A stretch of 57,568 nucleotides of DNA, filler included, from Platydemus manokwari (Eukaryota), in assembly GCA_037951405.1 (NCBI GenBank). It is 5 parts of 5 records of this genome, joined end to end, with 100 filler letters (N's around TTAATTAATTAA, not from the genome) between each part and the next. Parts side by side here need not be neighbours in the genome. Positions count along the whole stretch, not along the records: positions 33,419 to 42,198 come from JBBMOY011351093.1; positions 42,299 to 57,568 come from JBBMOY011311427.1; 3 more parts are not named here. The stretch is one strand, 5' to 3'. This document shows positions 39,925-53,165 of the stretch, piece by piece. A program made the translations under genes and the position numbers. The notes beneath the pieces were generated by a model. It ran no database searches, was not told the DNA's origin, and saw only the letters and a program-made list of their open reading frames with translations. Each line of letters opens with the position of its first letter. The first letter of the stretch is position 1.

Positions 39925-42198
39925 AGTAGAAACGAAAATTCTGGAATAAACAAAAAAAATTAATTGATTAATTTAAACAAATTATTTTATTTTATAATTA
40001 ACTTTTATGAAAATAAAAAATAGTAAACATAATATTAATTATAATGATAATAATGATAATAATGTTTGAATAATAATAATAATTTCAATAAATGCCAATA
40101 TTTTAATTTTTATTGTTGAGTACAACCACATCGATATCATTTTCGAAATTATTTTTTATAATAAGTTGTTTCACTTAGTTGAATGTCATCTACTGTTAGA
40201 CGTTGGCTTCCTTGGTATTTCAGTTATAGAGCAGATACAAGAAATGCTAAGGGAGATGCTTTCAATGGGATTGTATGGATGCATTAGAACATCAATATAA
40301 TATCAAATGTGGCTGTCTTTAATAAATGAGTATTGGAAAATATAATGATAAAACACGAGCTTAAAATTACCATAACATATATGAGTAACTCTTACTTTTT
40401 CTTTAATGTTGAAACTTAAAACTTTTGAAAGGTGATCTTTCACCAGTATTTTATAAATTTTAGCATATGATCCTTTTTATTACCTAATTGCTAAATGTAG
40501 TAAACAAGAACTTTGTTCGTTGTGAACTTTCAATTCTTTTTATTTTGACAAACATCATCCCAGAACTATTGGATTTTAACAGGTATGCTATCCTTTCATT
40601 TTCGATAATTCCTGTTCTAAGATAATCTTTCCTTTCATAATATTTTTAATTATAAATCTTTCTAGTTTGTCTCTAAGAGTTGGATTTGGAATATTATTCA
40701 TATGATGCGAGATTCATATTTGGTAGTTTACCAAAATATAGTCAACATCATGCATATATTTCATCTATTCTAATAATGTCATATTCTAGATAATCATTAG
40801 AGATAATCAGACATCTCATGCGCACAAACCTTTAAGTTTCTAAACTAATTCCATATTCTTATCAGGATGAATTCAGAATGACATGAAATTTATTCTCCAT
40901 CGTTTTTATTAGAGATCAGTCATTTCTTAAGTTTCTGGAAAAGATTTCTCAATTGAAGTAGTAGGTGGAGATTTTAAAAGTTTCCCGCAATTTAAAGGTG
41001 TTGCATTCAATAATACTAGCACTGCCTTTGAATCAACAGTAAAGACTATTTTCGATTCGTAAAATTAAAAACTTTTAAAATGTTGATCTGGAAAAGCTGT
41101 ATTAACTTTATTTAAAAATGGCTTATTTTAATAAATAGTTAGAAATCGCCTTTTGATCTCAAATCAACTTTTGGTTGCCTTTGCGGATCTACTTTCAATG
41201 TTAAAGAAAAACCTCTTAGTTTCTTGTATTTTAAATTCAAAATTTTTAGATGAATCATATTTTGCAATACATGGCTCTCAGTATTTTCCTGTGTTGCATT
41301 GTTAAATTTAGAAATGTCTTTAAGTTCTTCTCTTCGTTTAATTATTTTTCAAATGACCTTTTTAGGAATAAAATTAAATTCTATTTAATAATATTCGAAA
41401 TATTCCTTCAATTATTTATTGTTACTTTGTCGGAAGTTGAGTAAAATGAAAAACACAATTATTTTGTAACAGGTTATAAACACTAGGAATTATAGATTAT
41501 GATAATTTGATAATTTTTTTTAATCTGTTTAACAAGAAGAATATCAATTTTTATATCACTGATTTAAAAACACATTATCAATAGGACTCATTTTATAAAT
41601 ATTTTGTGTATGTATAATATTTTGTTTGCAGAACAACATCAGGAAATATTGCCCACTTATCATACAAGATGAAGACACAATAATCACGAAGTTGGTTTGA
41701 TTTACCTAAAAAGAAAATGAAAAATAATTAAAATTTTATTATTTTATTTAAATTAAGTGAAAGAGATAAAGATTTAGTACATTTTGATTTATTTTCCAAC
41801 ACCACAGAATTTGAATTTCTTAAACAAACAATGAAATGTAAAATATAAATATATAACTCTCGTTAAAGATAAAGATGTATTTCATGATGACGTGTTTAGA
41901 ATTTATGAAAATTGTGAAAATCTCCGCTAAAGCCCACGAGTTTAATGATATATAATAAAATGAAATCTCACACATACAAATTAAAATATGATATCTCGAC
42001 ATGAATAATTAATACAAAATTTATTGAAAAATCAAATAAATAATTAAGTTGAAGAAATTAAATAATTTTGCTAAATTATGTTTGTAATCCATTTACAGAA
42101 AAAAAATAAGAAAAGCATCAATTTGCAATTGAAAATTTGAAAGAAATGAAAAATTATTATGTATTTTAGTAAACTGTATAGAACAGGCATATATTGAA

Positions 42199-42298
42199 NN
42201 NNNNNNNNNNNNNNNNNNNNNNNNNNNNNNNNNNNNNNNNNNTTAATTAATTAANNNNNNNNNNNNNNNNNNNNNNNNNNNNNNNNNNNNNNNNNNNN
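42199..42298. other. Artificial contig linker
   Basis: N44-TTAATTAATTAA-N44. Confidence 0.95.
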
Positions 42299-42619
42299 TG
42301 CATATTAATACAAGCACGGTTGTAAAAATATAAAGCAAATTATGATCTTTGTTTATAATAATCAGTCTGGGATTTCATTGCAGTTCCTCCTTGATAAATT
42401 ATATTTTTTACCAAAACCTCTTTAAAGTTAATTTGAATAATTTATTACGTAGCTTTTACAAGATAAGGACCACTTCGAAACTGCTGTTCCCAAATAATGC
42501 ATTTTTAGAGTTAGGATAAAATAAAGATAAACTACACGGTGCTTCTTACGGACATTCGCTAACAAACTAATTACTCGAATACATGCCACACCATGTAAAG
42601 ATTGAAGTTTACGCAGATC

Positions 42620-42790
42620 GCCTCGATCGGAAATACAAAGAGTTGCCCATAATTTATCATTACTATTAGTAATAATTGGCACAATTTTAACTCCTTTTGC
42701 ATCAATACTCTTATTTCCAGACATATCAGTTCAATTGTCAGTTTCATCCATATTTCCAATGTTGCCTGGTATTAAATTATTAAAATTACT
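42620..42790 (-). mobile_element. pogo/Tigger-type DDE transposase fragment
   Basis: IGNMDETDN*TDMSGNKSIDAKGVKIVPIITNSNDK matches pogo IGNMDETP..FDM..N.T...KG.K.V.I.TTG.EK. Confidence 0.8.
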
Positions 42791-45666
42791 TTCGACAATA
42801 TACGTCGATTAATGCAATAAATGCCGCAATTAAAAGTTAAGAAATCGAATAAATACCATCGTTTTTATCGAAATGAATACTATTTATTTTAACTTGTATT
42901 TATTTTCAGGTTGGAGTTAGAAATTTTTTTTAATCGCCTCCGACCCCTCTGTGCTGGTGTTAGTTATTAATTTGTTTTCCTAATTAATGATTTTTTTAGT
43001 TGTATTTTCAATTACTTGAATCAATGTAATTTCCAATAAAAAACAATGGTTCAGAATGATTTTGTCATTCTTACACAACAAATCTGAAAGTTATCAGAGA
43101 CCACTATTCAAATAAGTATATAAATCAACTGCATTTAAGAATTCTTTCCGAAAATTTTATTTAATATTAAATGTATTTTTTTATTAAAATTTTTCAGCTG
43201 ATTCTTTTGAATGAAAAATAATGTTGATAATATTTTGTTGTCAAAATTAAATACATACAATATCAATAATGAACAAAGTTCAATGAGAAATCAAATAATT
43301 GAAACACTAAGGGAAATTTTACCCCGGAAATTGAATTTGAAAAGACTAGGAAAAATTAGAATGGTTCAGGATATAGATCGATACAGATTCTTCCAATTAG
43401 ACAGGGCCGGTTGAAAATCGATTCAAAAGGAGAATAATAACTAAATAAGGATAAAACAGGAAATGAACCGGAAATAATCCATAGAATTAGCATCAAAATG
43501 TTCAATATATCTGTGAATTTTATTTTGATATCATGGAAATGACAATATTGTTGGAACTTTTCATATAAAATATTGAATTATTAATTATATCATCGTTTCG
43601 TTATTGATCAAAAAATAACTTTTTCAGTTTGATCTTGAATAACTGGACATATCAGAGATTATTTTTTATTGATTGTGGTAAATCTTTCATTTTTATAAAT
43701 CTGTGGGAAAATTTTCGTTCAGATTTAAAGGTTCAAAGCAATTTATCGACATTTCAATGCCATTAAAGAAACTGATAAAGGTTTCCAATTTGAAATATTC
43801 GGTTTAATAATTGATTTCTAAGGGGTATGTCCTGACATATTGTGTCACTCTTTTTGGACTTTAATGAATTATGTAAATGTTTCATTCTCCATTGACCATT
43901 TTTGAACCAATTTGCTTGCAAATACCATCAACGTTTTAGGATATCATATTTTTAAAAAAGTTTTAATGATTTTAAATTTCTCTACTTTGGAATGTTATCA
44001 CTTATGTGTAACAATAGCGTTGGAGAAAGATGTAGAAAGGTATAATAACAAATTATTGAAATATTGATTATTTTCTATCTAGTGAAAGGTTATGCCAACA
44101 GCTATATTCAACCGATATGAATACATTTGCTACTACTCCACATTTTCTGGTTTCTATAAATTGCTAGATTGGACGAATTATTAATACTCGCTCGAAATAT
44201 TTTTTTCGAATAAACTTTTTCAAAACGTTTATTTGTATGAAAAAATAATAGTTTAAAATTATTGATTGCATAATATGTGGAATTATTTATCATAATTTGA
44301 TATTGTTTTCTTGAATCACTGATCAATACAAAATTGATTAACCAATTTTCAATCTCTGAAGATTTTTTGAATAATATATCATTAATTAAACATTATCGAT
44401 CTATATTTCTATTTAAATTGGACCAAGTTATTTTGAAATATTGATTTTCTAATTTATTATTATTTTTAAGTTTATGGATAGAACAATTATTGCATTAAGA
44501 TGGCACCATTAAATAATGTAGATAGTATTTTAAAGTAATATCATAGATATAAAATAATTCATTAATACTATCAATAAATATTAAGGCAATAATACCCTGA
44601 GAAAACTTTCAAAATACGGTTAATGGACAAGATTTGGGATGGGTGAGTTAGAGAAATGGATCTTGGGTATAAGTGCCAAACCGCAAATTATCGATAATTG
44701 CCACGAATTAAGCAGTTTTAAATAATTTTAAAATATATTTTAGCATTAATAATAAAAAATATTTATTGAAATCGACAAGATCATTTTTAAAGAAATTTCA
44801 ATCAATAATGATTTAAATTAATTATTAATTTTATGAAAAAAATCGATAAACAAAATCCTTTATTAAAATCAATATTCGTAATTGATTTCGTCCAATACTA
44901 ATATTATTATTGGGATGGACAAAAAGACCGAGCAGTGTACACGAGTGCGGATTATGATTGGTTACATAATAGAAATTTGGCGAAGGATTAATGATTGTTT
45001 CAATCACAATTGTGGATTAAAAATTCCGCACAATGGATTTTAAAATTCCGAATTCAATCAGGTGAAACTCATTATGTCATCTGACGTCATTGATCCATTT
45101 ATTATAGATCAAAATGTGTACACTACAAATGGCACACGACACTGACCGTCATCATAATTATTTCGTAATATTCATAAATCCACTTTCCATGAAATCATCT
45201 TCCTTGCCATGCCATTAAACGCAATTATACACTGGTTCTCATGACTCCCCAAACTAATCAACAACTCACAAAACAAAATTTTCTCAATACCTCTAAATAG
45301 CACTTTAAGATAGCCGGCTAATATCATAGCATGCTTGTGACCTTGTCGGCAGTACTGGCAATGTCCTGATTCATCCCAAGCAACAACTTGGTCGGTAGGC
45401 CGTGCAACAACTAGACGGAATAAAAAAAAATTTTCACATTGATGAGCAATGTCTAGTTTAGTTGCTACGTTAGCCGCAGTATCAAACTCATAAATGTGGA
45501 AGCAGAGAATAAACGTGAGAAAACATCATTATTTAAAATAAATAAAATAAACAATTATTAATTTATATTATATATTAAATATATTTGCAGATCTCAAATG
45601 ATACCAATGATGGAGAATAAACGACAACACTGATGATACCAACAATACCAAATGCTCTTAGATCGA

Positions 45667-46946
45667 TTAATATTTAAAATACGGCATTGGGAAATTGTTG
45701 GGCTGGATATTTGATGAAAGCGCTTCTTGGGCTGGATATCGACAACTGGTGGATGAACGCGGCGCGTTGGAATTATTGATTGGATTGATTTTGATGTCTC
45801 GTGCGAAGGCTGACGTTGATAGAGGAGCTGCATATGAAGTTTGATATCGATTGATGAGAAATGGATCTAGTTGAAATTGCTTTGGAATCGGTAAATCATC
45901 AGGTTTGATGAATGCAAACGAACTGGCCGGAATAACCGGAGGATAAGATAGAGCATTATTGCTAATAAAAGGATCTTGCGAATAAATGCAGTTGTGTTGA
46001 TCTTGTCCAATGAAACAGTTGGGAAATTTATAGTAATTCTGATGGTTGTACATTGTTGTTTGGTATGGATATGGATTCAAAAACATTCCCGTCGGTCGTC
46101 TAGACAACCAAAATTGTGAGCGGAATTGATCAAAATTTTTCTGACATTCACAATTGTATTGAAAACACGTGCAGCAATATGAGTCTTTCTCTGAACGATC
46201 AATACGAGTTTAGAAAAAAAATTTATTTCATGAACAAATCCTACTCAAAAAAACCGTCGTATCTGATGTAGAGATTGGGAAATTATTTTCCTACAACAAT
46301 TATTACATAATCAGTATACATGAAATCTGATTCAAGAACTCTCACCTTGTAAAGTGAATCGTATTCCGATGGTTTCTTTCTGTTATCCCTATGAGGACGC
46401 AAGTCCGGTCGTAAATGATCATGATGGCCTTTAGATTGGAAGAAAACCTTATCCATATCCCTTCGCCAGTAATGTGTAACAGGATAACCAACGTTACCCT
46501 TGCACGCGTGTAAAATCAGACTGCCACCACAATTGGGGCATTTATTCTTCATTTGTTTTTTGCGAGCTTTGTCGCATATAGCGGGTCGCAAAGCCACTCG
46601 TTCACCCGTATCATTTATTACACAATTTTCTTTGCACATCAAAACCCCCAGACAAGACTTCTTCAGAATGTCTCTGTTGTGATTGTTTGTATTTCTCATT
46701 GCCCATCCACTTTGGTGTCGACGAACAGGTTCATTTTTGGTAAACTCGTACACGAGTTTCATCGGCCCCTCGGGCCACATTTGGAATTCATTGATATCGA
46801 CAATCTGTCAATGAAATCATAATTTGAAAATATTGGAACACTTATTTGATTACCTGTGGAAGATTTAAGTCAGCAACATCCCATTCAATAGATGACGGAG
46901 TCGCAGAACAGGTTCGATCGCGAGTTGTAGTGGATTCTAAATGCAT
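45667..46946 (-). CDS. gcm: Glial cells missing (GCM) transcription factor, 4 exons
   Basis: Exons 46946-46854, 46804-46346, 46290-46245, 46190-45667. GCM domain WDVADLNLPQ...FQMWPEG...SGWAMRNTNNHN..ILKKSCLGVLMC...LRPAICDKARKKQ...CPNC...C.G..GYPVTHYWR...FFQSKGHHDHLRP with the Cys/His zinc ligands retained. The start could alternatively be an acceptor for an upstream exon. Confidence 0.95.
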
Positions 46947-47963
46947 GATGACAAAATGAGGGAGACCCTGATTTTCCAATATAATATCATTATTGTCAAA
47001 CCTATTATTACTACAATCATTACATGTAGTGGATTTAAGCCAATTACTTTGCTTCGTTTAATTATCTTCAATTTCATTGGTTGAAAATATGTGCCCGCTT
47101 TCTTACATGCTTCAATTGAGCCTGCATTAGTGCAAAAATAGTCATTATGGTGTAGATGCATAAAAATAGGTTATCAATTATTGACAATCAAGCTACCTGT
47201 TGACAGCCAGCATAACCCACGTCGTAACTGTGATTAATATTTGTAAGAAACTGTTACCAAGTCTCATTCAACAAAGAGTCAAGAAAAATTCACAAATCAC
47301 AAACAAACGAATAAAACAACGAAATTGAATTTTTATGTCATCGAGAATGAAATTAAAGTGTCACTGAATTTTAACAGGTCAATGTGCCGCCCAAAAACAA
47401 TTGATACTATCTAATAGTTATTATTGATCGTTGCTAGATGATAAAAATCAATGGCATATAAATAAATCGATTTAATCAATAAAACAGTCAATATATGGTT
47501 GATTGAATCAATAATTCTCTATCCTGTCTAACGATGGATTCATCGGTCGATAAGAATCACTGCTCAATAGATGCAAGGAGAGCTTGTTGATAATTGGTAA
47601 CACACACACATAACTTTGAAACCGTGCTTAATGAGCCTGTTTCAAATTAGCTTAACAACCATGAATCCAATGAATTTTGCGGTTTCATTATTGTATGAGC
47701 ACGCCATGAATGACGGAAACAATTTGATTATATTTATGATTGACTACTTCATTTACAATATTATTGATTAATTAATTAATTTTTATCTCTCTTTTATTAA
47801 CAATATTAACATCAGTTGTTGTTTTTTCATGTTTTCACCCATCAAGTTATTATTATTACTTATTATATTAATAATAATTATTAATAAGCCAATAATAATT
47901 AGGGTGTTGAACAGTAATTTCGACAAATCAATGTTTAGATTTATACTACAATATCCATTAATC

Positions 47964-48153
47964 AATATCCAAGAGTATCGATGCAATGATACCTACAAAT
48001 CAATGCTCAAGAGTATTGATGCAAAACTATCGACAAATTAATATCCCAGAGTATTGATGCAATACTATCGACAAGTCAATATTCAAGAGTATCGACACAA
48101 TAATATCCACAAGCCAATATTCAAGAGTTTTGATACAATAATATCAATAAATC
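47964..48153. repeat. Tandem repeat, 38-bp unit x 5
   Basis: Consensus approximately aatattcaagagtat(c/t)gatgcaatactatcgacaa(a/g)tc. Confidence 0.9.
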
Positions 48154-50262
48154 ATCAATATTAATATTATCGTTCCCATTACCAATGCCGATAATAATAA
48201 TATTGATGTGTAATTTTCGAAAGGATTTAGCGAAAAAACAAACCCATTATTGCGTGACCAATATAGTTGTGAAGATTTTATTTTCCATGATTTCGTCAAT
48301 CTAAATATTTGGATATATTTTCACAGATATTGTTGAAACAAATATTTTATTCACTGTGATGCCTCAAATATTCTTGTATTTTTGCTCATCTAAGCTGTGA
48401 TTTTTATTTTTTCCAGGAAAATATTGATTTCAACTGATAAAAATTAAAGTAATTGAGAGCTGTTTATTACGAAGTCATGAATGTTGCAAACCTCAAATGA
48501 TTCTCCTCTCGTCATTCATTATTTCTCTTTCAATCATGACGAACATATTTAGTATTGTCGTATATTAAATGGAGTTTTGCTAGGAGAATATTTGTAACTG
48601 ATATACACCGCTCATTAGTGATTTTATCGCAACGATTTCCTCCTCCAAGTCGACAAGCATATCTTAAAGTGTATGTTTGTTTCGTTTATGTAATACAATT
48701 CTAGTAATTGATTTGAAATGATCGATTATTGGGTTGAAAGGAGATAAATTTAATTATTATAATCATTGTTTATCAATACAATTCGAACATTCACGCTCTG
48801 TGGAAAACAAACCCTTTGATAGAAATTATTTATTACATCAAAATTGAGTAGAAATAATTTTAGAAAATCGGCACAATAATCACCATGGTTTCATCTATCA
48901 TGAACCTGGTTTCTTTGTCGCCATATGAATGACAAAGTTGATTGCTGTCAATTGATAAAATCAGTTTCATTGGATTTGTCTCATATTAACGATTGTATCG
49001 ACATTTTATATTTCATGTCATTATTGTATCCATTGGTCTTTCCAGTTTATTAAATATATCATTTCTTTCGAATTTCTTGTGATGGTTATTTATTTTCCTA
49101 CTGTCCTACAATAATTTTCAATAGACAAAAATAATTCAATATTAATGTTTTACAAGGCCTTTGAGCCATTTTCCCCGAGTATGTTCACGGTGATCCGATG
49201 GGTTTATTCGTGATCGATAGAAACAATTATGAACGATAGAATTGCAGAAGCTAAATTTTAACCCATTATCATTGAAATAGGAGAAGGTAAAGTTTAAAGA
49301 AATTCGTGTTACCGTAAATTGATTTATTGCTTCGATCGAAATGGCTTTGAACTGTTACTAGGATAATCCATTTTGACTTTATTGACGCAATTATTGTAAA
49401 TGAAGTTTCAAGTGCTATGGAGACGTCATGGTTCTCATTGTCCAAAGAGATTCAGCCAAGACAATGTTCACGTACCCAAATCGTTCAATAGGTTTTCTTA
49501 CGAGTCCCCAGCTTGAACGTAATTGGGAAAGAACCAATGAAAGACAAAAGTCTGAAAACTGGTTTACAGACACACGTGCAAGCACACATTCTCGAAGTGG
49601 CAAGTGAGGAATCCACTGGGCCGTGATAAAAACGGCCCAATTGTGAGACAAAATGCTTGACATTGCAAAATGGTTGAAATCTTGATATGAAGGCCCATTT
49701 GGTCCTCTGCTTGGAAAATGAAGAACCTTGGTTTGATTTTACAGCCATGTTTATGTGAAGAAAAATAAATAATAATGAGGTATTGAAGAATCTTATCAAT
49801 TAAATTTGGAGTAGTGAAACCTGAGCTATGGCTTTTACCGATAACTCAGATCTATGATATGGACAATAATTATGTTGTCAAGGTTACCGGGATTTTATAA
49901 GGAATATCAACAGAAAGATTGAGCTTATTATTATAAATTACGAATAATGGACCGTTATAAATTATTGATGTTTAAGGGTCAATGAAATCGGTTTTCTTCA
50001 TCATAATTATCCCGTCATTTACAATCTAATATCAGCTCACAAGAAAACCAACAAATTGCGAGTTGACCGAAAAAACGTTGACAGCAATCAACTTGTAGTA
50101 CATGACAAAACAAGTTCAATAATTTAATTAAAATCACTTGGCACTAAAATAATCAATACATACACACACACAAACAATTCAATAAGTTATTTTGTCGAAA
50201 AAACTAGTGGTTATTTACCAACAAAACATCAACATGCCGAATGGATATGGATACTATATACA

Positions 50263-50266
50263 ATAA

Positions 50267-50297
<31 letters not shown>

Positions 50298-50303
50298 ATG
50301 ATG
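50263..50303. repeat. (GAT)n microsatellite
   Basis: gatgatgat run. Confidence 0.9.
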
Positions 50304-52871
50304 TAACCTATGTATCGATGTAATGACCATTCATTTGAGTACCACATATCATATTTTTGCTTCTGCTTTTTTAGGAGATGCATGCAAACTTGTTGCTATC
50401 CAACAATAATATTTACTCAATATCGACAGAGTTTACTTCATCAACCATTTGGTGGGCTGAAGACCCAGACCCATATTTGTTCCAGATAAACATGATAGGT
50501 CAAACTCGTTTTGAGATGATGATATTTATATTTAATGTGTTTAATTTCAAAACTTGACAATGATAGTGAATCTGGATTTGATTTGATAGTCACATCGCAT
50601 ATTGTTCATTTCATGACAGTAGTTGAGTACCTGAATGGGATGATAGACAGCAGAATGATTATCATGTGGAAGAGATTGCATACAAATATAATTAGATGGG
50701 TGATATATCATTTATTATTATGTACTCCAACTGACAGCATGTCAATTATGAGACAACAACACATCAACAGTGATTGTCAGTGGTTTAATTACCACCATCG
50801 ACAGTGTCAACCTCAAAATCAGTGAACCGAAGTCTGAGTAATATAGGTTAGTGACATAGAATAATATACTCATCAAATCAAAGAAGGACAGTTGTGATAT
50901 CATATTGGAATTAGATCTGGGATAATTTTAAATATATTTGATTAGTTTCATTTTGAACTCTCCGGATTGGTGGATGATATTAATGATAATTTTATGAATG
51001 TTATTTCATGTTTATATATATCAATATAATCGTCAAGAGGAGAACAATTGTTCAAGAAGAGAATTTAATTAATAAAATAAGCATTCTTGGTGACATTCTA
51101 ATATTTTTTAAAATATAAAACATGGGTATTTCTTTGTTGACCTTTATTGTTTTACTTTTACTCTATTGATGTCTTATGAAAAAGGTTTTGATAATAAACC
51201 TGATATTATATGGCATTCATTGGATCTGATGATTGGGTGAATTTGTTTTATTAAAATGTGCAAAAATCTGTATAAAATCGATAAATAATTCCTCTTTTAG
51301 TCAAATATTAGAAATATATTTATTGGTTAAGAGCTGTGCTCAAATATTGTGGTGGTGGATGGAGTGTGTGTTGATAGTTATTCAATCAATATGACTAGCA
51401 AATATTATTTTAACAATACTGACCATCTGTGGATGAATTGGGAATGATTTTAGATTGATTGAAGAAATAAATGCTGATGACAATCAAAAATGTATTTGTT
51501 GATGAAATGATTCTAGTGATTGATGTTTTATCCTTAACGCTATCCTTAATATGGCATTATATTGACAGTGAAATGATCAATTAGGTTGTGATTTATTATG
51601 TTTTGTCTCCAATTTTTCTGTTTTGTGATTATCAAATTGTATTGGTTGCTACTTTCCAGGTGATTATTAATGTTCTTATTCGATGTCAAGCTGGATAATC
51701 GATATCTAATATTATCAATGTGGTATTCCAAACGCCATTTCAATAAATAAAACCCAATAAACAATTGAAATCAAAACAACATGTAACGCTAACTTGAGCT
51801 CATAATTTTTTTATAATTAATTGACTGTCGCTTGTAGCTTGTTGATTCGTATTTAAATTCTCAATTTGATCCGCCGTATTCACAATCTAAGCTTGATAAT
51901 TCGCTTTAATCAGAATTGTGAGATTTTTAAACGATGACCCCATGGCCTTAATTGCTGTTCTATTCCACGGATTTTTGCTTAAAATTAATAATTATAGCTT
52001 TTTAATTACTTTTTATAATTAAAATTTTTATATTGCTTCTTATTTTATTTTATTTTTTTTTCCATAAGTTATTTATAACATTATTATTATTTCTATTTTT
52101 AGCAATTCTAACTTGTTTTTGAATTTATTTTTCAGTAAGGTTTTATTGAACTTTGTTCCTTCTATTCAATAGCTTTATTTTTGCCAAATCTCATCATTCT
52201 CATTCATTGTAACAGATAAATCAATTTTAAAATTTAATGCATGTGATTTCTTTTATTCTAAACTTATTCGGATATTATAGCCAGACTTGACATCTTAGAT
52301 AAGAGCATAGAAACAACTAATACAAATTGTGAATGCTTACCCTTCCATACGTTTAATCATGTAAGAAGCTACTATAAAATACGCCTTGCAAACGAACTGA
52401 AAAGGCACGACATCAAATTATATAAACATATTAATATAATTTTATAACATTTTTTAAAAAGAGTTGATTCATTTAAAAATTCTCACAAATCATAAATTAT
52501 TTATGAAATCGGTATAATAGATTATAGTTTAGAGATTATGATCTACAAATAGTAAAGAAAATTGCCGACTGAGTTATTTACATTTAAGTGATCATATCTT
52601 TTATCCCTCTACAGAAATTGCAGAAACCTTATGGCACTGATGAAACTCTTATTATTCCACGCCAAATAAGATTTATTTCCATGGCATACAAATTCACACA
52701 ATCTTCTTTCAGTTGAATAAGTTGATTTGAAGATCAACCACTTCAGTAGTGAAGAAAATAGTCTTTGAATTGCTTTTTGTATTTTTGTATTCGAAATTTA
52801 TAAATCTGATTAAACCTATTTAAATTGAGTTTCGTATAAACACTCCTAATGATAAATGAAGTTTTCTATTT

Positions 52872-53165
52872 CATTGGTCTTCACACTTTTTGTGTTGCGA
52901 CCCACTTTACAAGTCTAAATTTTTTCTCGGCTCCTATGGACTAAAATAAAAATAATAAAGTAAACTTTTCTGATAAAATTTTTTTAACGCCAACAAATTA
53001 AAATACATTTAATAATAACAACGATTTTGCATATTCTGGCATAGAACTTCACATTTTAGCTCTATTTCGGTAAAGGCTGGTCTCAGTACTAATTCCAGAT
53101 CTTTAAAATTTGATCGATATTTTGTTTTAATATAAGCCAGTGTCGAAAATGAAATTTCTCGCACC
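52872..53165 (-). mobile_element. hAT (Buster/Charlie-type) transposon 3' end
   Basis: Minus strand EISFSTLAYIKTKYRSNFKDLELVLRPAFTEIELKCEVLC matches the dimerization-domain tail; terminus gggtcgcaacacaaaaagtgtgaagaccaatg resembles Buster ends (GGGTCGC...AAAAG.TTGAGAACCACTG). Confidence 0.75.

Noticed and set aside
47964-48153. 38-bp repeats as a CRISPR-like array
   Set aside because: Head-to-tail units without unique spacers, eukaryotic context, no cas genes.
49428-49610. Plus-strand 59-aa frame with homeodomain-like words (FLTSPQLE...ERQ...WF...RA)
   Set aside because: Too short by roughly a helix, wrong spacing before WF, and lacks the invariant Asn; likely chance.
50137-50200. miR-96-like cttggcact start
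   Set aside because: Short, weak pairing with a long loop; the 3' half does not match convincingly.
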